DNA of 64,000 nucleotides, from positions 992,001-1,056,000 of the forward strand of contig NC_079240.1 of the NCBI RefSeq assembly GCF_027921745.1. The letters run 5' to 3'. A program made the position numbers and the translations under genes. Source of the DNA: Schizosaccharomyces osmophilus. Taxonomy: Eukaryota. The notes beneath the pieces are model-generated. The model was not told the DNA's origin. It ran no database searches and was given only the letters and a program-made list of their open reading frames with translations. Within the stretch, counting starts at the first letter, position 1, and every line of letters starts with the position of its first letter. Positions 24,301-35,500 of this stretch are shown piece by piece.

Positions 24301-25373
24301 GTAGCCTCAGCATGCAGGCGTTTCTGCTTCATAGCCTCCAAGTGTGCAATACTAGCATGATCAAAGGAATGATTTCTAGGATTTCTTTGTTGAGGAGGTA
24401 CAATTCTAAGATTACTTGCCGGAGGACCGCGGACGGGAACTGATGCAGAAGAAATGGGTCTTGATATCGCGGGCTTGGAATAGGGCGGCGACGGAGAAGA
24501 AGGATGAGCAGGCGTACTTGTTCTGCTCGGTTGAGATTCTACCGCGGGAGACATCGTAACAGGAAAGTTAAACCCAGAAGTCATAGTAGAGGCCGGTGAT
24601 ACCGGACTGGAAGATGAGAAAGAAGGTTGACGATTTGTTGCATACAAAGAGCCAGCTTCCGGTTGCTTTGAAGGTGGATCCGTACCTTGACGAACATTCA
24701 TGCTAGCAACTGAAGAAGACCCGAGTGGATTTTGAGGATTCTGAAAGGAAGCGTGGCTTGACTGCATGCTATTGCTTCTAGATTCGACTACTGAAGCAGC
24801 ATTCAAGGTCATACCCGATTCTTCATACAGTTCAGGTTCGACCACGGCACTGGCTATTGAGTTTTGCCGTTCAGAGGTAATGGGGCTATGTCCTTCAGGA
24901 GACGAAGCAAGCTTTGGTGTCGTGGAGTTAAAAGAGTCATTCCGGTTATAAGTAGAAGGGCCAGGGTGTTTATCGATTGCATTAGAAGCCGTTGAATCAT
25001 CATAAGAAGGAAGAGAAGGAGAAAACCCATAATCTCCTTTGATATTCAAGGGACTTGTAGGGTTACTAGTATTTATAAATGAGGGTGAATTATCATAATA
25101 ATCTACAATTTTTATAGGAGAAACCTCGGAGTATTGTTCGTGGGAGGGATCGGCCGCAATGGAAGTTTGCAAACTGGCAGTACGATTCGGCATCGGTTTC
25201 CGGGGGATCCTTCGATTTGAAGGGTTGACTGGTTTCTTCATACTAGCATCAATGCTTAGTACTGGACTACTAACAGCTCGAATAGGATCCCGTCTACGTG
25301 GAGCACCAAAAATTTCCTCGTATACACGAGAACCTTCATTTCCATCCAATGCATTGGGATGCCGATACTCCAT
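21381..25373 (-). CDS. rgf1: Rho1 GEF Rgf1 (DEP, DH, PH, CNH; ~1330 aa)
   Basis: First ATG at 25373 (MEYRHP); RQEVICEVIYTERDFVKDL; KPTTRLARYPLLL; C-terminal CNH domain. Confidence 0.94.
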   Translation of the reverse strand: MEYRHPNALDGNEGSRVYEEIFGAPRRRDPIRAVSSPVLSIDASMKKPVNPSNRRIPRKPMPNRTASLQTSIAADPSHEQYSEVSPIKIVDYYDNSPSFINTSNPTSPLNIKGDYGFSPSLPSYDDSTASNAIDKHPGPSTYNRNDSFNSTTPKLASSPEGHSPITSERQNSIASAVVEPELYEESGMTLNAASVVESRSNSMQSSHASFQNPQNPLGSSSVASMNVRQGTDPPSKQPEAGSLYATNRQPSFSSSSPVSPASTMTSGFNFPVTMSPAVESQPSRTSTPAHPSSPSPPYSKPAISRPISSASVPVRGPPASNLRIVPPQQRNPRNHSFDHASIAHLEAMKQKRLHAEATARSYTLSSYKSSDSATISEPSTHPSSPTAFTPSERSSPAGKLKKRRKVYAAILSRVAEELVARVQLNDISKDGLVYSNAFTGDYAVALLMGIIHTSDRTLALLVGRSLDAQKFIHDVTYDHRLRDSHREIYQFQGINYRRLISHDAASPKDRFSRDYNEDYDSGIQNSTSAIEDVRFPNGVFTLLTRCYSPTCAKDHPCYSISCPRRLEQQHRMFAKMRANAEQSSSLTFDDKEQKLWIHSVSKEIANSVSERERKRQEVICEVIYTERDFVKDLEYLRDYWIKPLWASNCIHERKKEKFIRTVFLNALEVQAVNSKLAEALTRRQNYKPIVDNIADVFLEHVPKFEPFIRYGAGQLYGKYEFEKEKSNNPAFAKFVYDVERMKESRKLELNGYLTKPTTRLARYPLLLEAVLKYTEEGNPDKQDIPKVVGIVRGFLSRLNLESGKAENQFNLFHLNQQLVFKPGEHYDLHLLDANRQLIFKGPLKKRSAASSALDSSSDVSMFLFDHALLIVKPKIINKREIFKVYQRPIPLLLLQQYLLDEAGTRIPYSNKSQLAAISKVANGKPPGRLHPFSLQLLGRGGYEITLYASTEVGRDKWLEHIDRQQTLLQHRSQWFETVTVSSDFFVGDNKVNAIGVYDSGRRLLYGTDYGVYVSLRKSNTLLQFKPVRALNMSNVFQLEVIEEFNLLLLLSDKTLYSYPLEMIEADSNQAPKKPRKVCGHTTFFRVGICLGQVLVCAVKSSVLSATIKVFEPVPHLAKGKNMPSFKKLLAVNQDPLRIIKELYIPTESTSVHFLKNKLCVGCTRGFEVVSLDNLETQSLLDPADTSLEFVERKENVKPIAIYRMNGGEFLLCYTQFAFFVNRDGWRSRSTWFVVWEGTPQNFALSYPYILAFEPTFIEVRHVETSELVHVIPGNNIRLLADGRGKLGEGGEIFYACDQRRDNVDTSVVCSLRLTSADANVHVNEALTPSK

Positions 25374-26724
25374 TGTAGAAATAGCTAAACAATCAGTTTG
25401 ACGATTTAATCGACAATTCTGAATGTTTTTGCGACGCGAAAGTAAGGTTGTGGTGGTGAAGGAAAGTAAGTAGCTACTACCGCGAGAAAGATCACTGATC
25501 TCTGTGATGTACTCTATATAACGACGAAACAACCTCAGTCTTAACTAAATTTTTTACATTGAGGTCATACTACAAAGCCAACATTAACATTAGCTAAACG
25601 AGTTTGCCATGAATTGTACATGCTTAGTAATAAAAAGTGAATTTTGAAGGTTTCATTGTTGAATCCATGAAAACTAGAAATTATATTTAGATCCTAAATG
25701 AACAATCTTGGTTACGTTTCACACCGTTGTGCAAACGGCTGTAGAGAGAAAGAGAGATCATAGGTACCTATGCATGAGACAGAATAATTTAGTATCATAT
25801 ATCTAAAAGTTTCAAGGGGATGTAGAGAGATGCAATTCTTAGAATCAGTTTTATGCAATGGCTAGGGACCACAGCATAGCATTCTCTTCCAAAACTGCAG
25901 ATGAGAGCTTTGGATGGAAGGAGAAAGCTAGAAAGGAATGTGCCTTGTTTGAGAAATCTTTGGATGGATAAATCCCAAAGGCAATGGTATATTTGTTTCA
26001 ATCCTGCTGGTTCTCATATCTTGAAAAGTTTGACAAACAATAACAGCAAAACGTGTTTGGTCATTCATCACAATTGCTTTTTTAGAATTTATAGTTTGTC
26101 ACATAGCTTCCTTATTCCATAGTATACTGGATATGTATGCTCCCGGACTGTGGCCCATGGCTTCAACATCTTATGAATCAATTTTGAAACAAGAGCAGTA
26201 GACAGAGATTACTTTCGAATGCGTAGACAATGCTCACATAGCTTGTAAGTCGATTCTCTTGCTTTTCTTGTCTTTAGGCTTGGTTCATCGAATCCTTATT
26301 TCCCTGATCCCTTCCACAATGATTCATAGCCAAGTTTTCTTTCACTTTCAGTCAAGTTCTTTTGCTGTATGATTTTATAAAGTTATCAAACACGATCACT
26401 TATTACAAAGTGTAAAATAGCTGTTCCCGTTGGTAACGTAATCCTGGGAGATTCCTACTCTTCATACCAAACAATCCAATTTAAAATCTCACATGTTTCG
26501 TTTCTCAATTGGTTACCCTAAATCAAAATGCTGTTGATTTTAAGGTGATTCATATCTGCAGACTCAGACTGAAAGCCAACACGCTTCAGCCTTGGTCTTT
26601 CTTACATGCTTTGGCACATTCATAGTTTTAAAAAACCAATTCAAATTATCATTAAAAATTCCTACTTCTTTCCATGTCTGTCTATGAAGACTCTCGGTTC
26701 GCATATCGTCGTATTACGAGCCAA

Positions 26725-26731
26725 ACCAGCC
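26725..26731 (+). promoter_or_regulatory. Ace2-binding site upstream of rgf3
   Basis: ACCAGCC about 460 nt upstream of the rgf3 ATG; rgf3 is an Ace2-dependent gene in S. pombe. Confidence 0.5.
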
Positions 26732-27189
26732 ATCTTACATTACTCTCCCACCACCGCTTGACTTGCAACAAAGCCTATTTCTAACGCTTTCTTTTCCAAA
26801 CTTTTTCCTTTTATACTTTGCGTTCGTAAGCATAGAATTGGCAGTACGTCTTTTGTCTGCCTGTTGCGGAATTGATTTTTTCTGTGTTCTTTTAGATGTT
26901 CGCGGCTTTTGAGTGCTTTTTGAAGTTGCAATAGGATTTTTTTTTCGGTTTTGCTGCTTGGTCTTTTCTGTTAACAGTATATTTCCCGGCTTTCTTGTAA
27001 ACTAATAGAGCCGTTTATTTCTTTTGCATTGCGTCTTACGTTCTCTTTCCTTTCTTGTCAGTCGGTAGAAATAGGATCTCTTACGCTCTTTTCCAAGTCG
27101 GATTTTCGAGTTTTTGGGAGCTTTTTTTTTTATAAGAATACTGCCTTTTTTGCTTTCCGCCTTCCTTCTTATTTCTTTGTTCGCTTTAT

Positions 27190-30100
27190 ATGAAGCTCTC
27201 CAATGACATTTTTCGTAAATCATCTCGAAATGAGCACAGAAACAAACGCACATCCATAGACTATCCGGACGATTTTCTGGCTTCTCCCGCGTCCACTCCG
27301 AACACCTCTCCTGTCTCACCAAAACGACTCTCTATATCCGATTTTTCTTCTTTTCGTTTATTTTCTTCTCCTTTTAATTCTCCTAAACGCCATGAAAGCA
27401 CACATTCCCGTCGACTTCCTACAACTCCGGAGTGTCCTCATTTATCTCCTTCCCGTCGTACTGCCTCTTATACCGTGCGATCATCTCCTGCCCTTCCTAC
27501 ACTGAGGTCTGATTATTCATACGATGCTAACGCGAACGGGACGGTTTCATCGTTTCCTAATGCTCTTCATACAAACTTCTCCCCGAGTGACCCGTTAGAT
27601 ATAGATCCTTACCTCATGTCCCCTGGTACAGATGCGCATCGCCCTTTACCAGAAACACCTTCTCCAACGTCTCCTATTACTCATCCTTTGCCTCGTCCTC
27701 CGCTTCTGAATGTTTATTCAAACAATTCATCTCCACAGAGCAGTAGTTCTTCCAACAGCTTTTATTCTCTTTATAATGAGCAGCCTCTTTCCTGTTCTCC
27801 TGAACCTTATTTACCTCTTTCCCCTACTCGCTCTCCCTCTCGATCTACAAGTCCGTTTCGTACTGCAATGAATGAGGCTAAAAATAACTCTGTCTCTCAA
27901 CTTGACTCTTATGGATATTGGAGCGATCCTTCCTTTACTGATTTAACTTCTTCTCCTAGTCCAGCGAGTTTTTCTTCACCCAAAAAAGAACTACACATTC
28001 CTAGAGAGCTTCCTAAGGTTCCTGCCCGTCAATATGCGTCTGGTGACATTTCATCTCCTTTGATGTCCAGTTCATCAAGACCCACTCAAGCGAATGCTCT
28101 GTTTGGTAGTTGTCGTGAACCTTGGTCACTAAAAAAACTCTTCTCCTGGTGCAAAGAAGAAGTTTTCCCTGCTCTTGGTGCGATAACGACTGATGGTGCA
28201 CCGCGTCAAGAGGTTGCTCAAATAATGGCTATGTTATTTACAATATCAGTTCCTGCTATGGATTTTCTCATTGCTGAAGTCCTTGCAAAAAATATCATCA
28301 GTGACTGGATCCAGAACGGATATATGAACGTTACTAACCTTGAAAAGCTATCTATAAGTTTTGCTGATGATAAGTTTCCTTCATCCGGTGGTGTACTTCC
28401 TATTTTAACAAACGGTGGGTGCTATTCATACACCTGTCGTTCTAAATCCTCTTCTTCCAAGTATGCATGTTACAGTTGTAGGTGCATAAGAATATCCACT
28501 CATGGATTTACTCGCTCCCAAGGGGAGACTGATGACGATTCTTGGAATATGTTCTGGAACCTTTCACCTCAGGATTCATTGCCCTCATCACTCACGAAAA
28601 AGGAAGTTGCTCGGCAAAACAATATCCATGAACTTATTTGTAAAGAATCGGATTATGTTGCCGATCTTCATACGCTTGCTGAACTTTTCAGGGATGGGAT
28701 TGTCCAAGAGAACTCGATTGTACCCAGTAATCGAGTGGCTGATTTTATACAGTCTGTCTTTGGAAATGTTGAGTCTATTCGTCAGCTACATTCGCAATTT
28801 ATTTTACCCCAGTTAATCATAAGAGAACGATTGCAAGGACCGGTGGTGTCTTTAATCGGTGATATTCTTCTGGAGTGGGTACACTTGGCTAAGACATCGT
28901 ACATAAATTATGCAAAGCAGTTTCCGTTGGCCGATGAAACTTACAAGCTGGAATGTCAACGAAATACCTACTTTGCTCGTTGGTTAGCAAATTGCAGATC
29001 AGATCCTCGATGTCGTCGACTGGATTTTCAACACTTTTTACAAAGACCAACCCAACGTTTACAAAGATATACCCTCGAATGGGATACCATTCTTAAACAT
29101 ACAGATCCTACAAGTTGGGATTATCAATTGATAAGCCAAGCTGAGAAAGAGTTAAGGGCAACCTGTGAAGAATGTGATGCGGTAATTGCTACAGTCTTAG
29201 AATCTAATCGTATCCGTGATCTTTCATACCAATTATTATTTAAAAATCATGAAGGTATTAACATGGAATTAAGAGATCCAGAACGAGAATTTTTTTTCGA
29301 GGGACCTGTATTCAGGAAAAGTGAATCACGTCTTGATTGGATTGAGATTCACATTTTTTTGTTAGATAATTATCTCATCATGGCCAAAGCAAGAAGAGAC
29401 AAGAGAGCCAATTCGATGAAGTACTTGGTGTCCAAACGGCCTATACCAATGGATCTTCTAGTATTAAACCCGTTGATAGAAGAATGGAATTCAAGATCTA
29501 GCAACTTTTTAGGAACTTTAACTAGCAACTTTCCATACGATGGAACTACGAACGCTAGGTCAAAGAGAAAAAGTCGCCTTAACTTGGATACTCGTAATGA
29601 TTATAATTCTGACAAGATAAATGAGGGTACCCTGAACAATTTAACACCCGAAAAACCACATTTTTATCCTTTCACGGTAAGGCATCTTGGTGGATTCTCC
29701 TCAACCTATACTTTGTATACGGAATCTGCACAACTCCGAAAGCTTTGGATGGACAAAATCAATTTTGCGAGAAAAAGACATGCTCAAAAAATGCACAGAA
29801 AAATCCCATTCACCTTGCAAATAGTTACTGATGTTTCTTTCCAATATCCACCTGCTGATATATCTGGTACTCTTGACTCGCCTTCTCGATCGCCGGAAAT
29901 AGCTTTGGTTGAGGGATCGGTGGTGGACCGAGCATTGACAACGGCGGCTTGGAGCTATCCTATACACAACGAGGATGATCTACCTGAAGCCATTAACTAT
30001 GGGGATATAACATGTATTTCTCAATTCGGAGGCACGGATGCAAAACTGTCAATCTGTATAGCTACTACGACTGGCGTCTTTCTTGGCTCTTTTGGAGGTA

Positions 30101-31035
30101 ATAGCAATATTCGTAAATGGCATAGAATTTCGAGTCATAGACGAGTAACGCAAATAGGGTTTTTAGAAGAGTTTGATTGTTTGTTGGAGCTGCGTGATCG
30201 ATCCATGTATGCCCATAGACTAAGCCGAGTGATTGAGACCGGAACCCTAGAGCCTAAAGTTGCAATACCTGTTGGTAATTCTCACAATATTTCCTTCTTT
30301 AAAATCTCTAAATTAACGGAAGGTGCATCTTTAAAACGAGAAAGGACTCTCATCTTTTTCAAACAAGGATCGGGCAATTCCAGTTCTATCCATTGTTGTG
30401 AACCTGTTGTTGGGCTTGGTCATCATAATCAAAAAGCTTACAACTTTAAATTAAAGAACGTCAGTTCTTTCCGCATCCTGGAAGAATTTCGAGTACTTGC
30501 GGATTGCTATTCTATCAATTGTTTCAAGTACTCTATAGCTATCAGTCGACAAAAGGGAATTGATATTGTACGGTTAGATCCAAAGTTGGCTGTCAGTTTT
30601 CCTAGTCCCTCTGTTTTGGCCGATCCTCTTTATCGCTCACGCTTGAACAGTTCGAAACCTCTAGGAGTATTTCGTGTTTATGATCCGGCGATATTTGCTT
30701 GTTGCTACCAAACTGGAGCTTTGTTTGTGAACGGCGAAGGAAGTTTAGTTAAAAAGGATGCGTGGCTGCAATGGATAGGTAGACCGAATTCAATTGCGTG
30801 TTACGAAGGATACCTTATGGCATTCAGTGACGATTTCATAGAGATATGGAACTCTCGTTCAATGAAGCAAGTACAAATCATTCAAGGAAACAATATCAGA
30901 CTCCATTCTAGCAACAGTGATTTGTTACCTGATGGAAAGCATGTCATGTTTAGCATGACACATCCTCAATTTCATGATCGCCATTTAATTCTTGCCTTAG
31001 ACCTAGTGGAGGATGAAAATCTAATGGACATATAA
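27190..31035 (+). CDS. rgf3: Rho1 GEF Rgf3 (DH, PH, CNH; 1281 aa)
   Basis: S/P-rich N-terminus; RQNNIHELICKESDYVADL; RPTQRLQRY; head-to-head with rgf1. Confidence 0.94.
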   Translation: MKLSNDIFRKSSRNEHRNKRTSIDYPDDFLASPASTPNTSPVSPKRLSISDFSSFRLFSSPFNSPKRHESTHSRRLPTTPECPHLSPSRRTASYTVRSSPALPTLRSDYSYDANANGTVSSFPNALHTNFSPSDPLDIDPYLMSPGTDAHRPLPETPSPTSPITHPLPRPPLLNVYSNNSSPQSSSSSNSFYSLYNEQPLSCSPEPYLPLSPTRSPSRSTSPFRTAMNEAKNNSVSQLDSYGYWSDPSFTDLTSSPSPASFSSPKKELHIPRELPKVPARQYASGDISSPLMSSSSRPTQANALFGSCREPWSLKKLFSWCKEEVFPALGAITTDGAPRQEVAQIMAMLFTISVPAMDFLIAEVLAKNIISDWIQNGYMNVTNLEKLSISFADDKFPSSGGVLPILTNGGCYSYTCRSKSSSSKYACYSCRCIRISTHGFTRSQGETDDDSWNMFWNLSPQDSLPSSLTKKEVARQNNIHELICKESDYVADLHTLAELFRDGIVQENSIVPSNRVADFIQSVFGNVESIRQLHSQFILPQLIIRERLQGPVVSLIGDILLEWVHLAKTSYINYAKQFPLADETYKLECQRNTYFARWLANCRSDPRCRRLDFQHFLQRPTQRLQRYTLEWDTILKHTDPTSWDYQLISQAEKELRATCEECDAVIATVLESNRIRDLSYQLLFKNHEGINMELRDPEREFFFEGPVFRKSESRLDWIEIHIFLLDNYLIMAKARRDKRANSMKYLVSKRPIPMDLLVLNPLIEEWNSRSSNFLGTLTSNFPYDGTTNARSKRKSRLNLDTRNDYNSDKINEGTLNNLTPEKPHFYPFTVRHLGGFSSTYTLYTESAQLRKLWMDKINFARKRHAQKMHRKIPFTLQIVTDVSFQYPPADISGTLDSPSRSPEIALVEGSVVDRALTTAAWSYPIHNEDDLPEAINYGDITCISQFGGTDAKLSICIATTTGVFLGSFGGNSNIRKWHRISSHRRVTQIGFLEEFDCLLELRDRSMYAHRLSRVIETGTLEPKVAIPVGNSHNISFFKISKLTEGASLKRERTLIFFKQGSGNSSSIHCCEPVVGLGHHNQKAYNFKLKNVSSFRILEEFRVLADCYSINCFKYSIAISRQKGIDIVRLDPKLAVSFPSPSVLADPLYRSRLNSSKPLGVFRVYDPAIFACCYQTGALFVNGEGSLVKKDAWLQWIGRPNSIACYEGYLMAFSDDFIEIWNSRSMKQVQIIQGNNIRLHSSNSDLLPDGKHVMFSMTHPQFHDRHLILALDLVEDENLMDI

Positions 31036-31743
31036 GTAACGTGAAGCTTTACCAGACGCCATATTTATTCTTGTTATTTTTATTTTTATTTTTATTTTTT
31101 TGGGAAAATTTTTTAAGAAACGGGGTTTTATTTCCTTCTTTTGTTGCTCGGTGTTGGTATATACGTTTCACAAGGATGGGTCGAATTTTTTATGAATCCA
31201 CAATATTTCTGGACTCTCGAATTGTTTTGTATATTGAACTTATAGGACATGTATGTATCAACAGGTACATTTTCTCCAACTGTATTTACATATATGATTT
31301 GTGATGTCTACCAAATATTTGAAAATACCGTATCTAACTATTATTATTTATGATTTAGCATATCGATTGCAGCATTTTTGCATTGGGCTTACTAGTTTTC
31401 TGTTTTGATTTTTTTACTTACTCTCGTAACAAATATATAGATTGTTTGTAATGGCCATTTTGGGTATTTGCAACCTTCATCGAACACTCTTCAAAAATTG
31501 TAAATCTAAACTTTTACTGAATTTCTCTTTCAAGTAATCTCAACAATGCTTCATGTACCTGCCGAAAAATACACATTTTAGCCATTCTTTTTATTACTCA
31601 CTTTACACCAGTTCTAAAAGAATCGTAGGATTCGCGAGTTCTTATATATGAACATTTTCTTCTTTTTTATATTTAGTAGGATTCGAAACATTAATAAATG
31701 GTTGCTATAAATACATTTGAATATAAAAGGATATAAAACAAAA

Positions 31744-31815
31744 GGGGTTATAGCTCAGTGGTAGAGTGAGGGATTGCAATTCCCCAGGTCACTGGTTCAA
31801 ATCCGGTTGGCCCCT
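31744..31815 (+). tRNA. tRNA-Cys(GCA)
   Basis: GGGGTTA/TGGCCCC acceptor stem, discriminator T, loop TT-GCA-AT, GGTTCAAATCC B box, upstream TATAAAA, downstream T tracts. Confidence 0.95.
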
Positions 31816-32511
31816 CTATTTTTGGTTTTTTCCAAACAAGTTCCCATCGCAGTATTGCAAAGTCTTAAGAGAAATGAAACATAAAAGGAAGTGTTTTGAA
31901 CCTTCAAGGATCTTTTTATCGTGGGCGGTTTTATTCACAGATGCTAGTTCAACATCTTACAACCGATTTGTATCTCCTTCAAAAACCAACAATTTAAGCA
32001 TTCAGATTAGCATCTTTTGAATAACAATTTGATTACTTTAACACGGTAATATTTTGATAAGTTATATTTAGGGCATTTAAACGGGTTATTTTAAATAATT
32101 GTTTTTATGCATAGTACAGCCATATGTTTAACAAAGAAAGCATACTAATCTTAATTAGTACGCATATGCTTTTAAAATAATATAAGAATAAACATGTGTG
32201 GAAACATTGTATATTCCCGTAATACAGTAGACCTCGCAAAGCAAAAGTCTTGGATCTCTGTAGAGTACGGTGTTGAAATAGGAGGAGAGAGACTTGCTTT
32301 CCCTATAGTAGCTACCGTCCACACCACTTAGCTTCAGCTAATTTTTTGATAACTTTTGGAATACTCATAGTTTTGAACAGGATTCCCTTTTTTAGTTGAA
32401 CTCTGTGAGCAGATCTTGTCATTCTTTTAGCAATTGCACGCTGTTTGTGAAATTCGTTCGTTTGTTTACCCTTACTTGATATTGTGAAATATATGATTAA
32501 GACCTGGACAT

Positions 32512-35500
32512 ATGTATAGAATTTCACAAGGAAACATTGGCGAATCTTTAGCTGATAATAGCTTGAATGGTATAGACAACAAACGATGGGTTTGGATTTC
32601 ACATCCTGAAACTGCATTCACGAAGGCTTGGATAAAAGAGGAACTCGGTGATGGTAAATATGTCATCCGATATAACAATTCTAGGGATCAAAAAGTTGTT
32701 GGTCATGACGAAATCCAACCTCTTAATCCTGGTCGATTTGACCGAGTCAACGATATGGCTGAATTGACGAATTTGAATGAACCCTCGGTCACCTACAATC
32801 TTGAGCAGCGATACCTTTCCGATCAGATTTACACGTATTCAGGGTTGTTTTTGGTAGCTGTTAATCCGTATCGACGGTTGCCTATCTATGGCAAAGACAT
32901 GGTACAATTGTACAAGGACAAAAGCCAAGAACGAAAGCTCCCCCATGTTTTTGCGATCGCTGACCTGGCTTACAATAACCTGTTGGAAAACAAGGAAAAC
33001 CAGTCCATTCTAGTCACCGGTGAGTCTGGTGCTGGTAAGACGGAAAATACCAAACGAATTATACAGTATCTTGCTGCCGTCGCAAGCAATCCAAACGTGG
33101 TATTTGGAGAACAATTAGAAGAGCAAATTTTGAAAACGAACCCTGTCCTTGAAGCCTTTGGTAATGCTAAAACAGTACGCAACAACAATTCTTCTCGGTT
33201 CGGAAAATTCATTAAAGTCGAATTCTCGGTCAGTGGTGAAATTGCCAATGCTTCCATTGAATGGTATCTGCTCGAAAAATCCCGTGTTGTTCATCAAAGC
33301 TCGCAAGAACGTAACTATCACATTTTTTATCAACTACTGAACGGTGCTGATCCTGCTTTACGAAAAAAGCTCCTTCTTTCTAATGAATTTAATGATTATG
33401 AATACCTGAAGAAATCATCTCTTACTATTCCCGGCATCAATGATGCTGAAGAGTTTAAAGGATTATTGTCTTCTTTTAAAATTTTGGGTTTTACCGAAAA
33501 AGAAATTTTTTATATGTTCAGCATAATTTCTATTATTTTGCACATAGGTAATATCCCTATCGGCGCTGACCGTTCTGGCGTTGCCCGCCTCACAAATATG
33601 GATGATGTTGATAAACTTTGCCATCTTCTGGGTGTATCTCCAGAATTATTTTCACAAAACCTTATCCGTCCGCGTATTCATGCAGGTCATGAATGGGTGG
33701 TGAGTGCTCGATCCCAAGAACAGGTAATTTCTTCTATAGAGGCATTGGCCAAAGCAATTTATGAGAGAAATTTTGGCTGGCTTGTTAAGCGTATAAATAC
33801 CGCAATAAGTCGGAACACCTCTTCTAACACTTTTATTGGAATTTTGGATATTGCAGGGTTTGAAATTTTTGAGACGAACAGTTTTGAGCAATTATGCATT
33901 AATTATACGAATGAACGCTTACAGCAATTTTTTAATCATCATATGTTTGTTTTGGAGCAGGAAGAATATATGAGAGAAGAAATTAAATGGGACTTTGTTG
34001 ACTTTGGCCATGATTTACAACCTACCATTGACTTAATTGAGAAGTCTAATCCTATCGGCATTCTATCTTGTCTTGATGAAGAATGCGTTATGCCAAAAGC
34101 TACAGACACTACCTTTGTTTCCAAATTGGATGCGTTATGGAGAGATAAATCCCAAAAATATAAACCATTTAAGTTTGGTGGGTCTGGTTTTATCCTGACG
34201 CATTACGCGGCCGATGTTCCTTATTCAACAGAAGGTTGGTTAGAAAAGAATAGTGACCCTCTGAATGAAAATATCGCCAAGTTGTTAGCTCAGTCTACCA
34301 ATAAGCATATATCTGAACTGTTCTCTGATTACCGAGAGGTTGAGACGAAAACGGTGCGTGGACGCACTCGTAAAGCTCTATTTCGAACTGTTGCCCAGAG
34401 GCACAAAGAACAGTTAAATCAATTAATGAACCAATTTAACACAACGCAACCTCATTTCATTAGGTGTATCATTCCCAATGAAGAGAAAAAGAGCCATTCC
34501 TTTAACAGAGCTCTGGTTTTAGACCAGTTACGATGCAACGGTGTTTTGGAAGGGATACGGATTACTCGTGCTGGATTCCCTAATAGAATGCCCTTTAATG
34601 ACTTTAGGCTTCGTTATGAGATGATGGTTAATCTTCCGAAAGATAACTATATTGAATCTCGGCGTGCTTCGCTTCTAATACTTCAGCAAATGGGCCTTTC
34701 AGAAGATCAGTTTAGAATCGGAGTTTCCAAGATTTTCTTTAAGGCAGGAGTATTAGCAAGTTTGGAAGAAAGAAGATTACATACTCTTCAGAGTATTGTA
34801 ATTGCTTTGCAGGCTCGAATCCGTGGTTTTGTTCAAAGAAGGAAATTTCAAAAGCGTTTGAAGGATATAGAGTCTTTAAAGCAGATACAGGCTAATATGT
34901 TTGTGTATGACGAGCTTCGAAAACATCCCTGGACGAAGTTATATTTTAAGTTAAGACCCATGCTCAGTAGTACTCATAATGATGAAAAGCTTAAACGTAA
35001 GGATGCGGAAATTATAGAGCTGAAGTACGAAATTAAGAAAATTACAAATGTCAAGGAGGGACTTGAAGCCAAGGTGAATGAATCAAATAAATCTTATACT
35101 GCTTTAGAAAGTGCGCTTACCGGTGAACGAGCAATTGCACTTGACAAGGAGGAAATTCTCCGTCGTACTCAGGAAAGGTTAGCTTCTTTAGAAGATTCAA
35201 ATGGAATCTTGAATGCCACTTATAAAGATATGGAAGCTCGGTTGGCAGATATTTTGAATGAGAAAGAAGTGGAAAACAAGCACATTGAAGAGATGACGGG
35301 TTCCCTCGAATCCGTATCGTTGGAAAACGAAAAAAGAAGAGAATATAATGAAAAACTGCAAAAAGAGTTGAATACCTGTCGAATGGACGTTGAACAGATC
35401 AGATCTGCATTATCAGCTGCTAAAGTTGAAATAGCTTCATTATCTAAAGAAAAGACATCTATCAATCAAGATTTAGGAAAACTGAGAGAAGATGGAGAGA

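Noticed and set aside
25374..25532. 53-codon N-terminal extension of Rgf1 in the ORF track
   Set aside because: Begins at TTG; a eukaryotic start at ATG 25373 gives the expected length.
26245..26277. Intron-like GTAAGT..TAG in the rgf1-rgf3 gap
   Set aside because: No branch consensus and no convincing flanking ORF.
31766..32020. Short ORFs overlapping tRNA genes (also 62327-62596)
   Set aside because: Incidental frames across tRNAs and AT-rich flanks.
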